Shown: one piece after another, positions 17,878-26,497 of the stretch
How positions within the stretch are numbered: the first letter of the stretch is position 1
Layout of the letters: each line of letters opens with the position of its first letter
NCBI GenBank assembly: GCA_044374195.1
Contig: JBILOY010000005.1
Coordinates: 4,052 to 68,051, forward strand
DNA length: 64,000 bases
Direction: 5' to 3'
Origin: Candidatus Nanopelagicales bacterium
GTDB taxonomy: Bacteria; Actinomycetota; Actinomycetes; S36-B12
Notes under the pieces: generated by a model
The model's input: the letters and a program-made list of their open reading frames with translations, nothing else
Told to the model about the DNA's origin: nothing
The model's database searches: none
Program-made: the position numbers and the translations under genes

Positions 17878-19962
17878 TCACTTGTTGGCGGAAGCCGGCA
17901 ACGTGGCGAGCGCACGACTGAAGGTCGAGGCGAGCGCATTGGAGGCCGCGATGCTGATGTGTCCGTCATCGCGGTAGAGGTAATCGTCTCCCAGCTGAGT
18001 CGTACAGATGCCTTCTGCGCAGAAGAAGTCACGCAGGTCCAGCAGCGTGACGCCCAGACGATCAGCAACTGCGGTGAACGCATTTCGTGCGGGCGCCTGT
18101 GCCTTGTCAGCGATCTTGCGAGACATGGTCACCGCCAGATCATCATCTGTAGCAATTCGGATCGCGGAGAACTGCTGCGGATCGGCACTCAGTGGGGCGC
18201 CGAAGTACGGGACGTCCTGCACCAGCACGACCTGGTGCCCGGCCTTCTGCAACCGACTCAGACTCGACTCGAGCCCAACCTCGAGAGCCGCGTGCTTGAT
18301 CTTCGGATCACGCGAGAGCGAATCGGGCGTTAGGCCGGCAGAGAAGACCCGTGAGTTCCAGTAGCTGCTTGACGACGTGACGATCACGATGCCGGGCGGC
18401 TGCTGGTCGAGGTAGTCCAAGGTGCCCTGAACGAACGACCGGCACGGCCACTGTCGCTTCGCCGTCGACTTCAGGTACACGTCAAAGAACGGGCACGCGT
18501 TCGCGGTGGCAATGCGCACCGGATGACCGGTTGCCTCACCTGCAGCAATGACTGCCTCACTGAGGTGATCTGCGTGTGAATCTCCGACAAGGTAGATCGT
18601 GGTGCCGCTCGCCGACTCATTCCAGAGGCATTCAGCCGCCTTCGGTGCATCGAAGGCCCGCGACTCGTTGCAGCCGGCTGCATTCGCCACATGCATGGGC
18701 GTTGCCGCAGCAGTGAAGTCACGAATGCGCTGATTCCAGAAGCCGTTGTCGGCAGCGACGATCAGTAGCAGTGAAATCACCATTGGCGGAACGAGGGTGA
18801 AGGAGACAATCCGAACCATGCGCGCCCGGCTGACCTTCCGAAGGTTGCGAATGGGCTGCTCGACGAATCGATACGAAAGTAGTGCCGGAAGCAATGAGGC
18901 GACCGCGGCAATGACGGCAATGCCCGGGGTTTGCGGGAAGAGCAGCAGTGCGAACACGATGAGCGGCCAATGCCAGAGGTACCACGAGTACGAGATATCG
19001 CCGACGGCCACGAAGGGCCGCGTGCCGAGTAGGCGGCTCACGGCATTCGCGCTCGTGCCAGCGGCAAGGAGTGCGAATGTGCTGACGACTGGCAGCAAGG
19101 TCATCGGACCAGGCCACGCAGTGGCTGGATCAATGAGCCACAGACTCGCGAGGATGCCGGCAACGCCCGCCACGGCGAGAATCAGGGCCGTCGTGGCACG
19201 AAGGGCGCGCATGCCTCCGGCGATCATCAGGGCAAGCAGGGCCCCGGCGGCGAATTCCCAGACTCGAGTGACTGGTCCGTAGAACCCGACGAGCCAGCTG
19301 GGGATGAGTGGGATTCGGTAGCCACCGGCCTGGAGGACGGCCATGAGGAACGACACGACGCCGACAAGCACCACGATCGAGATCACGGGTGTTTGTCGAG
19401 TACGCAGGCGCTTCATCAGCTTCCAGCCGATGAAGAGCAAAAGCGGGAAGATCAGGTAGAACTGCTCCTCGACCGACAGCGACCAGGTGTTGAGCAGCGG
19501 ATTAGCTGCGGCAGGTGCATCGAAATAGCCACCGGTGTTGTTCGCGATGACGATATTTGCAGCCAGCAGAAGCGCACCGATCCCGGTCTCCGCGGTGATC
19601 TGCTGCGCACCGAGCGGAGACTGAATGAGCGCGGAGATAACGACGACCACCAGAACGAGCACTGCGAGAGCCGGCGTGAGCCGACGAAACCTGCGTGCGT
19701 AGAACGTACGGAAACGCAAAGTGCCGGTGCTCCGCCACTCGCGTGCGAGCATTGCGGTAATCACGAAGCCGGATATGACGAAGAAGATGTCCACGCCTGT
19801 GAAACCGCCGGGAACATTCAGCCCCGCGTGAAAAGCGACGACGACGAACACTGCGATGGCACGTAGACCCTGAACATCGAGCCGTCGTGCAGTGCCCTGA
19901 GCAGTCTCAGAGTCCACACGTGGCGCGTTCAATTCTCCTCCAAGAACATGATCGGCCCTCAT
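17878..19962 (-). CDS. acyltransferase-3 family O-acyltransferase with C-terminal SGNH domain (OafA/OatA-like)
   Basis: 694-aa ORF. N-terminus LDVQGLRAIAVFVVVAFH, ~10 TM helices, C-terminal soluble domain with LVGDSHADH. Confidence 0.8.
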   Translation of the reverse strand: MRADHVLGGELNAPRVDSETAQGTARRLDVQGLRAIAVFVVVAFHAGLNVPGGFTGVDIFFVISGFVITAMLAREWRSTGTLRFRTFYARRFRRLTPALAVLVLVVVVISALIQSPLGAQQITAETGIGALLLAANIVIANNTGGYFDAPAAANPLLNTWSLSVEEQFYLIFPLLLFIGWKLMKRLRTRQTPVISIVVLVGVVSFLMAVLQAGGYRIPLIPSWLVGFYGPVTRVWEFAAGALLALMIAGGMRALRATTALILAVAGVAGILASLWLIDPATAWPGPMTLLPVVSTFALLAAGTSANAVSRLLGTRPFVAVGDISYSWYLWHWPLIVFALLLFPQTPGIAVIAAVASLLPALLSYRFVEQPIRNLRKVSRARMVRIVSFTLVPPMVISLLLIVAADNGFWNQRIRDFTAAATPMHVANAAGCNESRAFDAPKAAECLWNESASGTTIYLVGDSHADHLSEAVIAAGEATGHPVRIATANACPFFDVYLKSTAKRQWPCRSFVQGTLDYLDQQPPGIVIVTSSSSYWNSRVFSAGLTPDSLSRDPKIKHAALEVGLESSLSRLQKAGHQVVLVQDVPYFGAPLSADPQQFSAIRIATDDDLAVTMSRKIADKAQAPARNAFTAVADRLGVTLLDLRDFFCAEGICTTQLGDDYLYRDDGHISIAASNALASTFSRALATLPASANK

Positions 19963-20075
19963 GGATTGCAGTGGCGCGTATGCATCTTATGGGGGGTCAG
20001 GGCAGAGCCTTGAATGGCGTATTCTTATGGTCTGTAGTTGGCAGCCCTGCCGAATCCCGAGGAGTCAAACGCCGC

Positions 20076-21749
20076 ATGAATCGCAAGCGACTTTCGGTGA
20101 TCGCGGCGTCGAGCATGACTATCGTCTTCACCCTCGCGCTGTTCGGTGCGCTTTCACTCGCTTCCAGCGGAAGCGCGTCGGCAACCGCCACTCGTGAAGA
20201 GGTCAGCGCATCGCCGACCGAGTCCGCGAGTGAGACTCCTCTCCCGCAGACCGGCCAGATCAGCGACATCAAGAACGTCGTCCTGCTGCTCGCCGATGAC
20301 CTTGACTGGGCGACCTTCAATGAGGTTCCCAGGCTCAAGAACTTGATGGCTGAGGGAACGACCCTCTCCAACTTCGTGGTGACCTCGTCGCTGTGCTGCC
20401 CGTCTCGTACCTCAATTCTGCGCAGCCAGTTCGTGCACAACCACAAGGTGCTCTCGAATGTGCCGGAGACCGGTGGTGGGTGGGCGAAGTTCAACGCCCA
20501 GCGTCTGCAGCGTGACTGCCTCCCGAACTGGCTGCAGTCGAACGGGATCTCAACCTCGCTGGTGGGCAAGTACCTCAACGGCTTCCCGAAGGGTGCGCCT
20601 GCACCAACCTACGTGCCGCCGGGATTCAACAACTTCATTACATCGATCTCGCTGAATCAATCCTACAAGGGCTACAACTACGTGCTCAATGAGAATGGCA
20701 CGCTTCGCAAGTACGGAAATGCGCCCACGGACTTCATCAACGATGTGCTGACGGCGAAGGCCACGAACATCATCGCCGAAGCGACTACGCCCTTCTTCCT
20801 GGAATTCGCCTCATACTCTCCGCACACGCCTGCACCTGTGGCTGCGCGGAATGTCGGTTCGCATGTGGGCTCATTCATTCCGCGCACCCCTTCCTACAAC
20901 TCGCGCGGAATCGACGAACCCGCCTGGTTGCGAAAGATCCCGTCTCTTTCGCCGAATCAACTCGCCAACCTCGATGGGATGTGGACCCGCCGCCTGGAGT
21001 CGAGCGAGAGTCTCGCGGATTCCTACGATGCGCTGGTTGCTCAGCTCAAGGCCAGCGGACATTCGCAGGACACCCTGATCATCGTGACGTCGGATAACGG
21101 CTACCACCTGGCCTCGCATCGATTGCCGTCGGGAAAGCAGACGCCCTATCGCGAGGATTCCGTCGTGCCGGCAGTTCTCATCGGGCCAGGTATCGAGCCA
21201 GGGCGCGTGATTAGCGAGATGACCTCGACCCTGGATCTCGCACCGACGATCGCTCAGATTCAAGGAGTTCAGCCGCCGGGTTGGATTGACGGGCGGAGCT
21301 TGCTGCCGTTACTCAACAAGAGCACCGATGTCGCGTGGCGCACTGGCGCCTTGACCGAAAGCCTGGCACGTGCGCGCCGCGGGGATCCGGACTTCGGACT
21401 GGGTGCCGCACCAACCTTCCGTGCGCTTCGTACCCAGTCGTGGCTGTATGTCGAGTACTCCGATCGCAGCGTGCAGTTGATCGATCTGGTCAATGATCCG
21501 TTCGAAGTCAACAACGTGATTCGCACGACCTCGCCGACCATTGTGCAGCAATTGCAGGCACAATTACGCGCCCTGAGCGTCTGTGCGGGCCCTTCGTGCT
21601 TGATCGCCGACAGCATGCCGACGCCCGAAGCCACGGGTGAACTGATCCCGGTCGAGACTCCGATTCCTGGTCCATCGGCCTCGTCGACGCTGAGCCCTTC
21701 GGCGAGCGCATCTGCGCTGCCTACGCCTACAGCATCACCTGTCGGATGA
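20076..21749 (+). CDS. secreted formylglycine-type (Cys) sulfatase
   Basis: Start trimmed to ATG 20076, with GGAG 12 nt upstream. Signal peptide. NVVLLLADDLDW. Nucleophile motif C-C-P-S-R at 20394-20408 (SSLCCPSRTSILRSQFVHNH). P/S/T/A-rich C-terminal tail. Confidence 0.85.
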   Translation: MNRKRLSVIAASSMTIVFTLALFGALSLASSGSASATATREEVSASPTESASETPLPQTGQISDIKNVVLLLADDLDWATFNEVPRLKNLMAEGTTLSNFVVTSSLCCPSRTSILRSQFVHNHKVLSNVPETGGGWAKFNAQRLQRDCLPNWLQSNGISTSLVGKYLNGFPKGAPAPTYVPPGFNNFITSISLNQSYKGYNYVLNENGTLRKYGNAPTDFINDVLTAKATNIIAEATTPFFLEFASYSPHTPAPVAARNVGSHVGSFIPRTPSYNSRGIDEPAWLRKIPSLSPNQLANLDGMWTRRLESSESLADSYDALVAQLKASGHSQDTLIIVTSDNGYHLASHRLPSGKQTPYREDSVVPAVLIGPGIEPGRVISEMTSTLDLAPTIAQIQGVQPPGWIDGRSLLPLLNKSTDVAWRTGALTESLARARRGDPDFGLGAAPTFRALRTQSWLYVEYSDRSVQLIDLVNDPFEVNNVIRTTSPTIVQQLQAQLRALSVCAGPSCLIADSMPTPEATGELIPVETPIPGPSASSTLSPSASASALPTPTASPVG

Positions 21750-23964
21750 CGTTTTCGGCGGCATGACCGTCGTCGAGTGAACAGAAGCGCTCACGGAAAT
21801 CAGCGAGCAAACGTCGAGACTCATCATTCGAGTACCGGCGCTCGGCCAGAATCGTCGTGAGCTGGGCCTGGTTAACCGCCACGGCGCCGGGCGGCTGTGC
21901 CAGTAGATCGAAGTAGGTGCCCCGTGACTCGCGATAGGCATCCCAGTCATCGGCGTAGATGACGATGGGCCTGTCGAGGATCGCGAAGTCGAACATGACG
22001 GAGGAGTAATCGGTGATCAAGATGTCAGCCGCCAGGTAGCAGTCGACGATCGACGGCAGCCTCGATCCGTTGATGAGCCGCCCTTCGCGCTCGAGTCGAT
22101 CGACTGCGGGGCCGAGCGAGGTCGTGTGATGCGCGCGCACCAGCAGAACGAAATCGTCTGGCAGTGCATCGATCAAGGACTCGAGATCGAGCCGAAGAGA
22201 GGTATCGCCGGCTGCCTCGCGGAAGGTGGGTGCGTAGAGCACCAGGGTGCGCTCCGAACCTACGCCCAGTGCGCTGCGGCAGCGCTCGACGTCATCAGCG
22301 GTCGAGCGCACCAGTACGTCATTTCGCGGGTATCCAAACTCGAGCCACGAATATGAGCACGGGTAGGCGTGGCTCCACATCTCAGTCGAATACGCATTCG
22401 AGCTGAGCGCGTAGTCCCAGCGGTCGCTGCGGCGCAGGAGGTCGACGAACTCCTGACGATTGCGTGCGGCATCCTGCGCAACTACCTGACCGTTCTGCCG
22501 AGGGGTCACCCGATTCGGATCTACGGCAGTGCCGGCAACTGCCTTGCCCATGACATCGAGGCCGCAGTATTTCAGTGGGGTGCCATGCATTGTCTGGATG
22601 TGCACCTGGCCTGGGCGTTTCACGTAGGCACCAGGGAAGTTCACGTTGTTGACGAAGTACTTCGCGCGCGCGAAGGCCGCCCACTGCTTGACCCCATTGG
22701 GTTCAATCGCTTTCACGCCAGGCGGCAGGAGCCCTTGCTTGGACTTATCGAGAATCCACACCGCAGTGAGGTCGGGCGCAATCCGCTGCATTTCCTCGAA
22801 GATTGCCCGCGGATTGCAGCCGAAGCCGGTGCCCCAGTACTCGGAGAACACCACTAGCTTCGGGTTAATCGGGAGAAGTCGCATGAAGCCGTAGTACAGG
22901 CGGCCCAGGGCACGCACCTTGCGAACGGCCCGGCGCACGGGCCAGTAGATCTTGCCGAGGCGGCGTCGGGTAGGCACCCGTCGAACATCGATCCAACTGT
23001 AAGCAGCGAATGCGCGGTAGTCATGCTCGCGAAAGAGACGCCCGCGGATATTGCTGGGTAGGTTCGCGGTCTGCGAATCATCAGCAGGCGGATACAAGCT
23101 CTTGGCCATGATGGCTGCCTGCTCAAAGAAGCGCTTCTTGTCTCTCTTCGCCAGGCGTCCCTTGTGTTGCAGGATCGTGACGAAGTGATTGATCATGATG
23201 TCGTAGAGATGCTTGCGAGTGCGTGGGTCGATACCAAGGCGATCGGCTTCGGCGAACACGAGCTCGTACTGCGCGAAGATGTCGAAATGCTTGGGGCTAG
23301 TGGTCGACAGGATGCTGCCGCCTTCACGACGCTGCCGGTAAAGGAGAACCACGCGATTGATCGTCACTGCGCTACTGGCGTTCAGAAGCACTGTGTAGGT
23401 GAACGAGACATCCTCATAGAAGCCGGTACGGAAGCTCACGCCGAGACGTTCGAGGAAGTCTCGGCGGTACGCCTTGTTGCAGGCGATGGGGAGCAAGTTG
23501 AAGAGCGCGAGGTGATCACTGGGAACGAAGACACCGGGCGACAGGCGGGCCAAGAGCTCGGCGCCCCAGCTGACCGCCTGCTTGCCGTCCCACCAGACGC
23601 GTGCGTAGTTGTAGACGAGCAGCTCGGGAAGTGAGTTGGCCTGCAATTTCGCCGCAATGGCGGAGAGTGAACCGGGTGCGAGGGTGTCGTCACCATCTAG
23701 AAAGAGCACGTACTCGCCGGTTGCTGCAGCAACGCCAGCATTGCGTGCGAGGCCGAGTCCGACGTTCTGGGTCAGATGCAGGGGCTTGATGCGCGAGTCG
23801 GCGCGAGCCATCTCGTCAGCGATTTCGCCACTGTGATCGGGTGTGCAGTCATCGACGACAACAATCTCGTAGTCATCGAAATCCTGATCGAGAACAGAAG
23901 TGATGCATTCGCGCAAGTAGGACTGGACGTTATAGATCGGCACGATGATCGAGAAGAACGCCAC
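21727..23964 (-). CDS. bifunctional GT2 glycosyltransferase / CDP-glycerol glycerophosphotransferase (TagF/TarF-like)
   Basis: 745-aa ORF with GTG start. N-terminal GT2 (FSIIVPIYNV, VVVDDCTPD, FLDGDD). C-terminal TagF-family motifs (MHGTPLKYCG, LYAPTFRE, ITDYSSVMFDF). Confidence 0.85.
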   Translation of the reverse strand: MAFFSIIVPIYNVQSYLRECITSVLDQDFDDYEIVVVDDCTPDHSGEIADEMARADSRIKPLHLTQNVGLGLARNAGVAAATGEYVLFLDGDDTLAPGSLSAIAAKLQANSLPELLVYNYARVWWDGKQAVSWGAELLARLSPGVFVPSDHLALFNLLPIACNKAYRRDFLERLGVSFRTGFYEDVSFTYTVLLNASSAVTINRVVLLYRQRREGGSILSTTSPKHFDIFAQYELVFAEADRLGIDPRTRKHLYDIMINHFVTILQHKGRLAKRDKKRFFEQAAIMAKSLYPPADDSQTANLPSNIRGRLFREHDYRAFAAYSWIDVRRVPTRRRLGKIYWPVRRAVRKVRALGRLYYGFMRLLPINPKLVVFSEYWGTGFGCNPRAIFEEMQRIAPDLTAVWILDKSKQGLLPPGVKAIEPNGVKQWAAFARAKYFVNNVNFPGAYVKRPGQVHIQTMHGTPLKYCGLDVMGKAVAGTAVDPNRVTPRQNGQVVAQDAARNRQEFVDLLRRSDRWDYALSSNAYSTEMWSHAYPCSYSWLEFGYPRNDVLVRSTADDVERCRSALGVGSERTLVLYAPTFREAAGDTSLRLDLESLIDALPDDFVLLVRAHHTTSLGPAVDRLEREGRLINGSRLPSIVDCYLAADILITDYSSVMFDFAILDRPIVIYADDWDAYRESRGTYFDLLAQPPGAVAVNQAQLTTILAERRYSNDESRRLLADFRERFCSLDDGHAAENVIRQVML

Positions 23965-24051
23965 GGAAATGAGGATACAGGTCTGTGATTAGCGCGGAAT
24001 CGCAGGAAACGCCTCACGATCGCATTCATGGCGCTGTAGTAGGGTTTTCGA

Positions 24052-24948
24052 GTGACTTCTTCTGCGAACGATTGCCTCAATCCCATTCTCGTTGGCGGCA
24101 CCGGTCGTAGCGGATCCACCATCTTGGGCCGCCTTCTAGGGCAGCACCCCGATCTCCTCCTGACCAACCCCGAGGAAGTCCGCTTCATCGCGAATGACCA
24201 CGGCATGGCCGAGGCACTCGCCATGAAGCTTGGCCCGTGGCCGCGCCGCATGCGTGCGAAGCGCGAGGCGAAGCTGGCCGTGCAGCGCACGAAGGGTCTG
24301 TGGTACTTCCGCAATAAGAAGACCGGCCTGCATACCTCCATGACCTTGGAGGAAATCGACGAGATCGCCGCCCCCTACTTCGCTGGATTCGGATCAACAC
24401 CTGTCGAGGCAACCCGTGCATTCGTCTATGCAGTGATGGCCAAGGTGACCGATGGCCGTGATGGTCGTCGCTGGGTTGATGGCACGCCCGCAAACGCGCG
24501 CATCACTGACTTCATCGAACCGATCTACCCCGACTGCCAGGTCGTGGCCATGATCCGCGACGGTCGCGATGTCGCTGCCTCATTCGTAGCGCAGAAGTTC
24601 GGGCCGACCGAGATCTTCGCGTCACTTCGCCAATGGGAGACCCGCACGCTGCGCATGCGTCAAGCCGAATTGGCCTGCGCGCCCGGCCGAATCCTGACCA
24701 TCGACATGCTCAACCTTGTCGATGTCGATCGCGACGGAACCCTCCAGCGCATCTGCGACTTCCTGAACCTCCCGATCACCCCCGAGTTCCGCGCTTGGTT
24801 CAACGAGAACGTGCGACTCGAGGATGCCAATGTCGGGCGCTGGCGCACGCAGTTCGATGCCGAGACCGTGAAGAAGATCGATTCGGTGTACGCCGAGATG
24901 GTCGAGCGGGTAGCCGCCGCGGGCGCGCAGGTTCCGCTGCCCTCCTGA
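24052..24948 (+). CDS. PAPS-type sulfotransferase family protein
   Basis: 298-aa ORF with GTG start. 5'-PSB-like loop LVGGTGRSGSTILG. 3'-PB-like MIRDGRDVAASF. No signal peptide. Confidence 0.75.
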   Translation: MTSSANDCLNPILVGGTGRSGSTILGRLLGQHPDLLLTNPEEVRFIANDHGMAEALAMKLGPWPRRMRAKREAKLAVQRTKGLWYFRNKKTGLHTSMTLEEIDEIAAPYFAGFGSTPVEATRAFVYAVMAKVTDGRDGRRWVDGTPANARITDFIEPIYPDCQVVAMIRDGRDVAASFVAQKFGPTEIFASLRQWETRTLRMRQAELACAPGRILTIDMLNLVDVDRDGTLQRICDFLNLPITPEFRAWFNENVRLEDANVGRWRTQFDAETVKKIDSVYAEMVERVAAAGAQVPLPS

Positions 24949-24964
24949 CCGTGATTGTTGTGGG

Positions 24965-25768
24965 CTAGGTCCCGAAGCCGCCGGTCGCTGACACCACGGA
25001 ACCGTTGAGAGCTGCGCCCTCGATGGAGCAGCAGAAGGCGATCGTCGATGCGATCTCGCTGGGGGAAATCAGCCTTCGAATGAGCTGCGATGAAGCGAAA
25101 TCATTGACATCGCTGAGCTCGTAGAGATCAGCGGTCGCCCGCAGCATGTCGGTATCTGTTGAGCCTGGCGACACGGCAACCGCGGTGACTCCCGTTCCGA
25201 CAAGATCGGCCGCGAGCCCTTTGACGATGCCGATAACGGCGTGCTTGGCGGCGTTATAGGCCGCGAGCCTAAAGAGACCTTGTGTACCCGCGGCGGAAGC
25301 GACTGCCACGAATCGACAGCCGCTGGGATTCGAGGATGCCAGCATGTGCGGTACGCATGCGCTAGCGGTGTTCCAGACGCCGATGACGTCAACGTCGAGA
25401 AGCGTTTGCAAGTGCTCCGACGGTGTCTCCCACAAAGGTTTTCCGCCGATAATGACGGCCGCCGCCGCGACTGCTGCATCGAGTCTTCCGAATTCAGTGA
25501 TCGCGAATTGCGCCGCTTTACGAAGACCTTCGGGATTGCGCACGTCAATGATCATCGGTATCACTCGGTCGCCGTACTTTGTCGCAACCTCATTGAGTTG
25601 AACAGCGGTGCCAAGGTCGTAGGCGATGCCGGCGCTGCCTTCCCGATCAGCAGATGCGCACGAGTCGATCGCGATGATCGTGTAATCACGTTGCACCAGT
25701 GCATCAACTGTTGCTGCCCCGATTCCGCGCGCTGCCCCGGTGACCAGGGCGACTCGACGTTCGGTCAT
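24965..25768 (-). CDS. mycofactocin-coupled SDR family oxidoreductase (LimC/carveol dehydrogenase-like)
   Basis: 267-aa SDR (VTGAARGIGAA, YNAAKHAV) with the subfamily-typical insertion after beta2 (AIDSCASADREGSAGIAYDLGT). ATGA overlap with the mftE stop at 25765-25768. Confidence 0.75.
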   Translation of the reverse strand: MTERRVALVTGAARGIGAATVDALVQRDYTIIAIDSCASADREGSAGIAYDLGTAVQLNEVATKYGDRVIPMIIDVRNPEGLRKAAQFAITEFGRLDAAVAAAAVIIGGKPLWETPSEHLQTLLDVDVIGVWNTASACVPHMLASSNPSGCRFVAVASAAGTQGLFRLAAYNAAKHAVIGIVKGLAADLVGTGVTAVAVSPGSTDTDMLRATADLYELSDVNDFASSQLIRRLISPSEIASTIAFCCSIEGAALNGSVVSATGGFGT

Positions 25769-26484
25769 GAGTGAACTCCGCTCGCCGTTGGTATCAACTG
25801 CCCGTGGGTATTCACGAGGTTTCCCTTCACGAACTCTGACACGTCGCGAGCCATTTCCTTAAGGCAGCGTGCACCTTCTGCCGCGGTGGCCCCAGCCGGA
25901 TCACCGAGTACTCCGTTGGACGTGACTGCTGATACTCCTCCGGCGATGATCTCGGGAAGCAGATCGCGAATACTCGCAGTATTGCCAATTTCCGCCAGGT
26001 CTAGACGTACCCGGTGCGGCGCCAAATGAAGCATGATCGAGGTTTCCGTGTAGCCGGCGTGAGCATCGACATCCTCCGTTGCACAGGCCACCCAGGCGCA
26101 GTCGTGGCCCTCGTACCGAAGCTGGTTGACAGCCTCGGCGAGTGCGGTGATGTTCCCTCCATGCGCATTGACGAAGATGACTCGATCTGTCCAGTGCGCG
26201 GCTGAGCGAACGAACTCGATCAGTACGTGGACCAGCGCTTGACGGCCGATCGATACCGTGCCTGGGAACGATTGATGTTCACCGCTGGATCCGTAGACAA
26301 GTGGCGGGAGCACCACTGCATCGGGACCAATGAGCAAGGCCGCGACTTTCGCTACTTCTTCCGCAATGACAACGTCGGTGTCGAAAGGCAAATGTGGACC
26401 ATGCTGCTCGAACGATCCCGTAGGCACTAGGGCAAGAGGCCGCGTGGGCATCGTTGACCAGGTGAGGTTCGCGAGCGATTGCAT
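25765..26484 (-). CDS. mftE: mycofactocin precursor peptide peptidase (creatininase family)
   Basis: 239-aa ORF. LVPTGSFEQHGPHLPFDTD, NAHGGN. Position in the mft operon. Confidence 0.85.
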   Translation of the reverse strand: MQSLANLTWSTMPTRPLALVPTGSFEQHGPHLPFDTDVVIAEEVAKVAALLIGPDAVVLPPLVYGSSGEHQSFPGTVSIGRQALVHVLIEFVRSAAHWTDRVIFVNAHGGNITALAEAVNQLRYEGHDCAWVACATEDVDAHAGYTETSIMLHLAPHRVRLDLAEIGNTASIRDLLPEIIAGGVSAVTSNGVLGDPAGATAAEGARCLKEMARDVSEFVKGNLVNTHGQLIPTASGVHS

Positions 26485-26497
26485 GATCGTCGCTGCT

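Noticed and set aside
20076-21749. Alternative reading of the sulfatase as an LtaS/phosphoglycerol-transferase-type member of the sulfatase superfamily, which would fit a teichoic-acid context without sulfate.
   Set aside because: LtaS-type enzymes use a Thr nucleophile and have an N-terminal 5-TM domain. This protein has a cleavable signal peptide and the canonical C-x-P-x-R formylglycine motif, so it is a genuine sulfatase.
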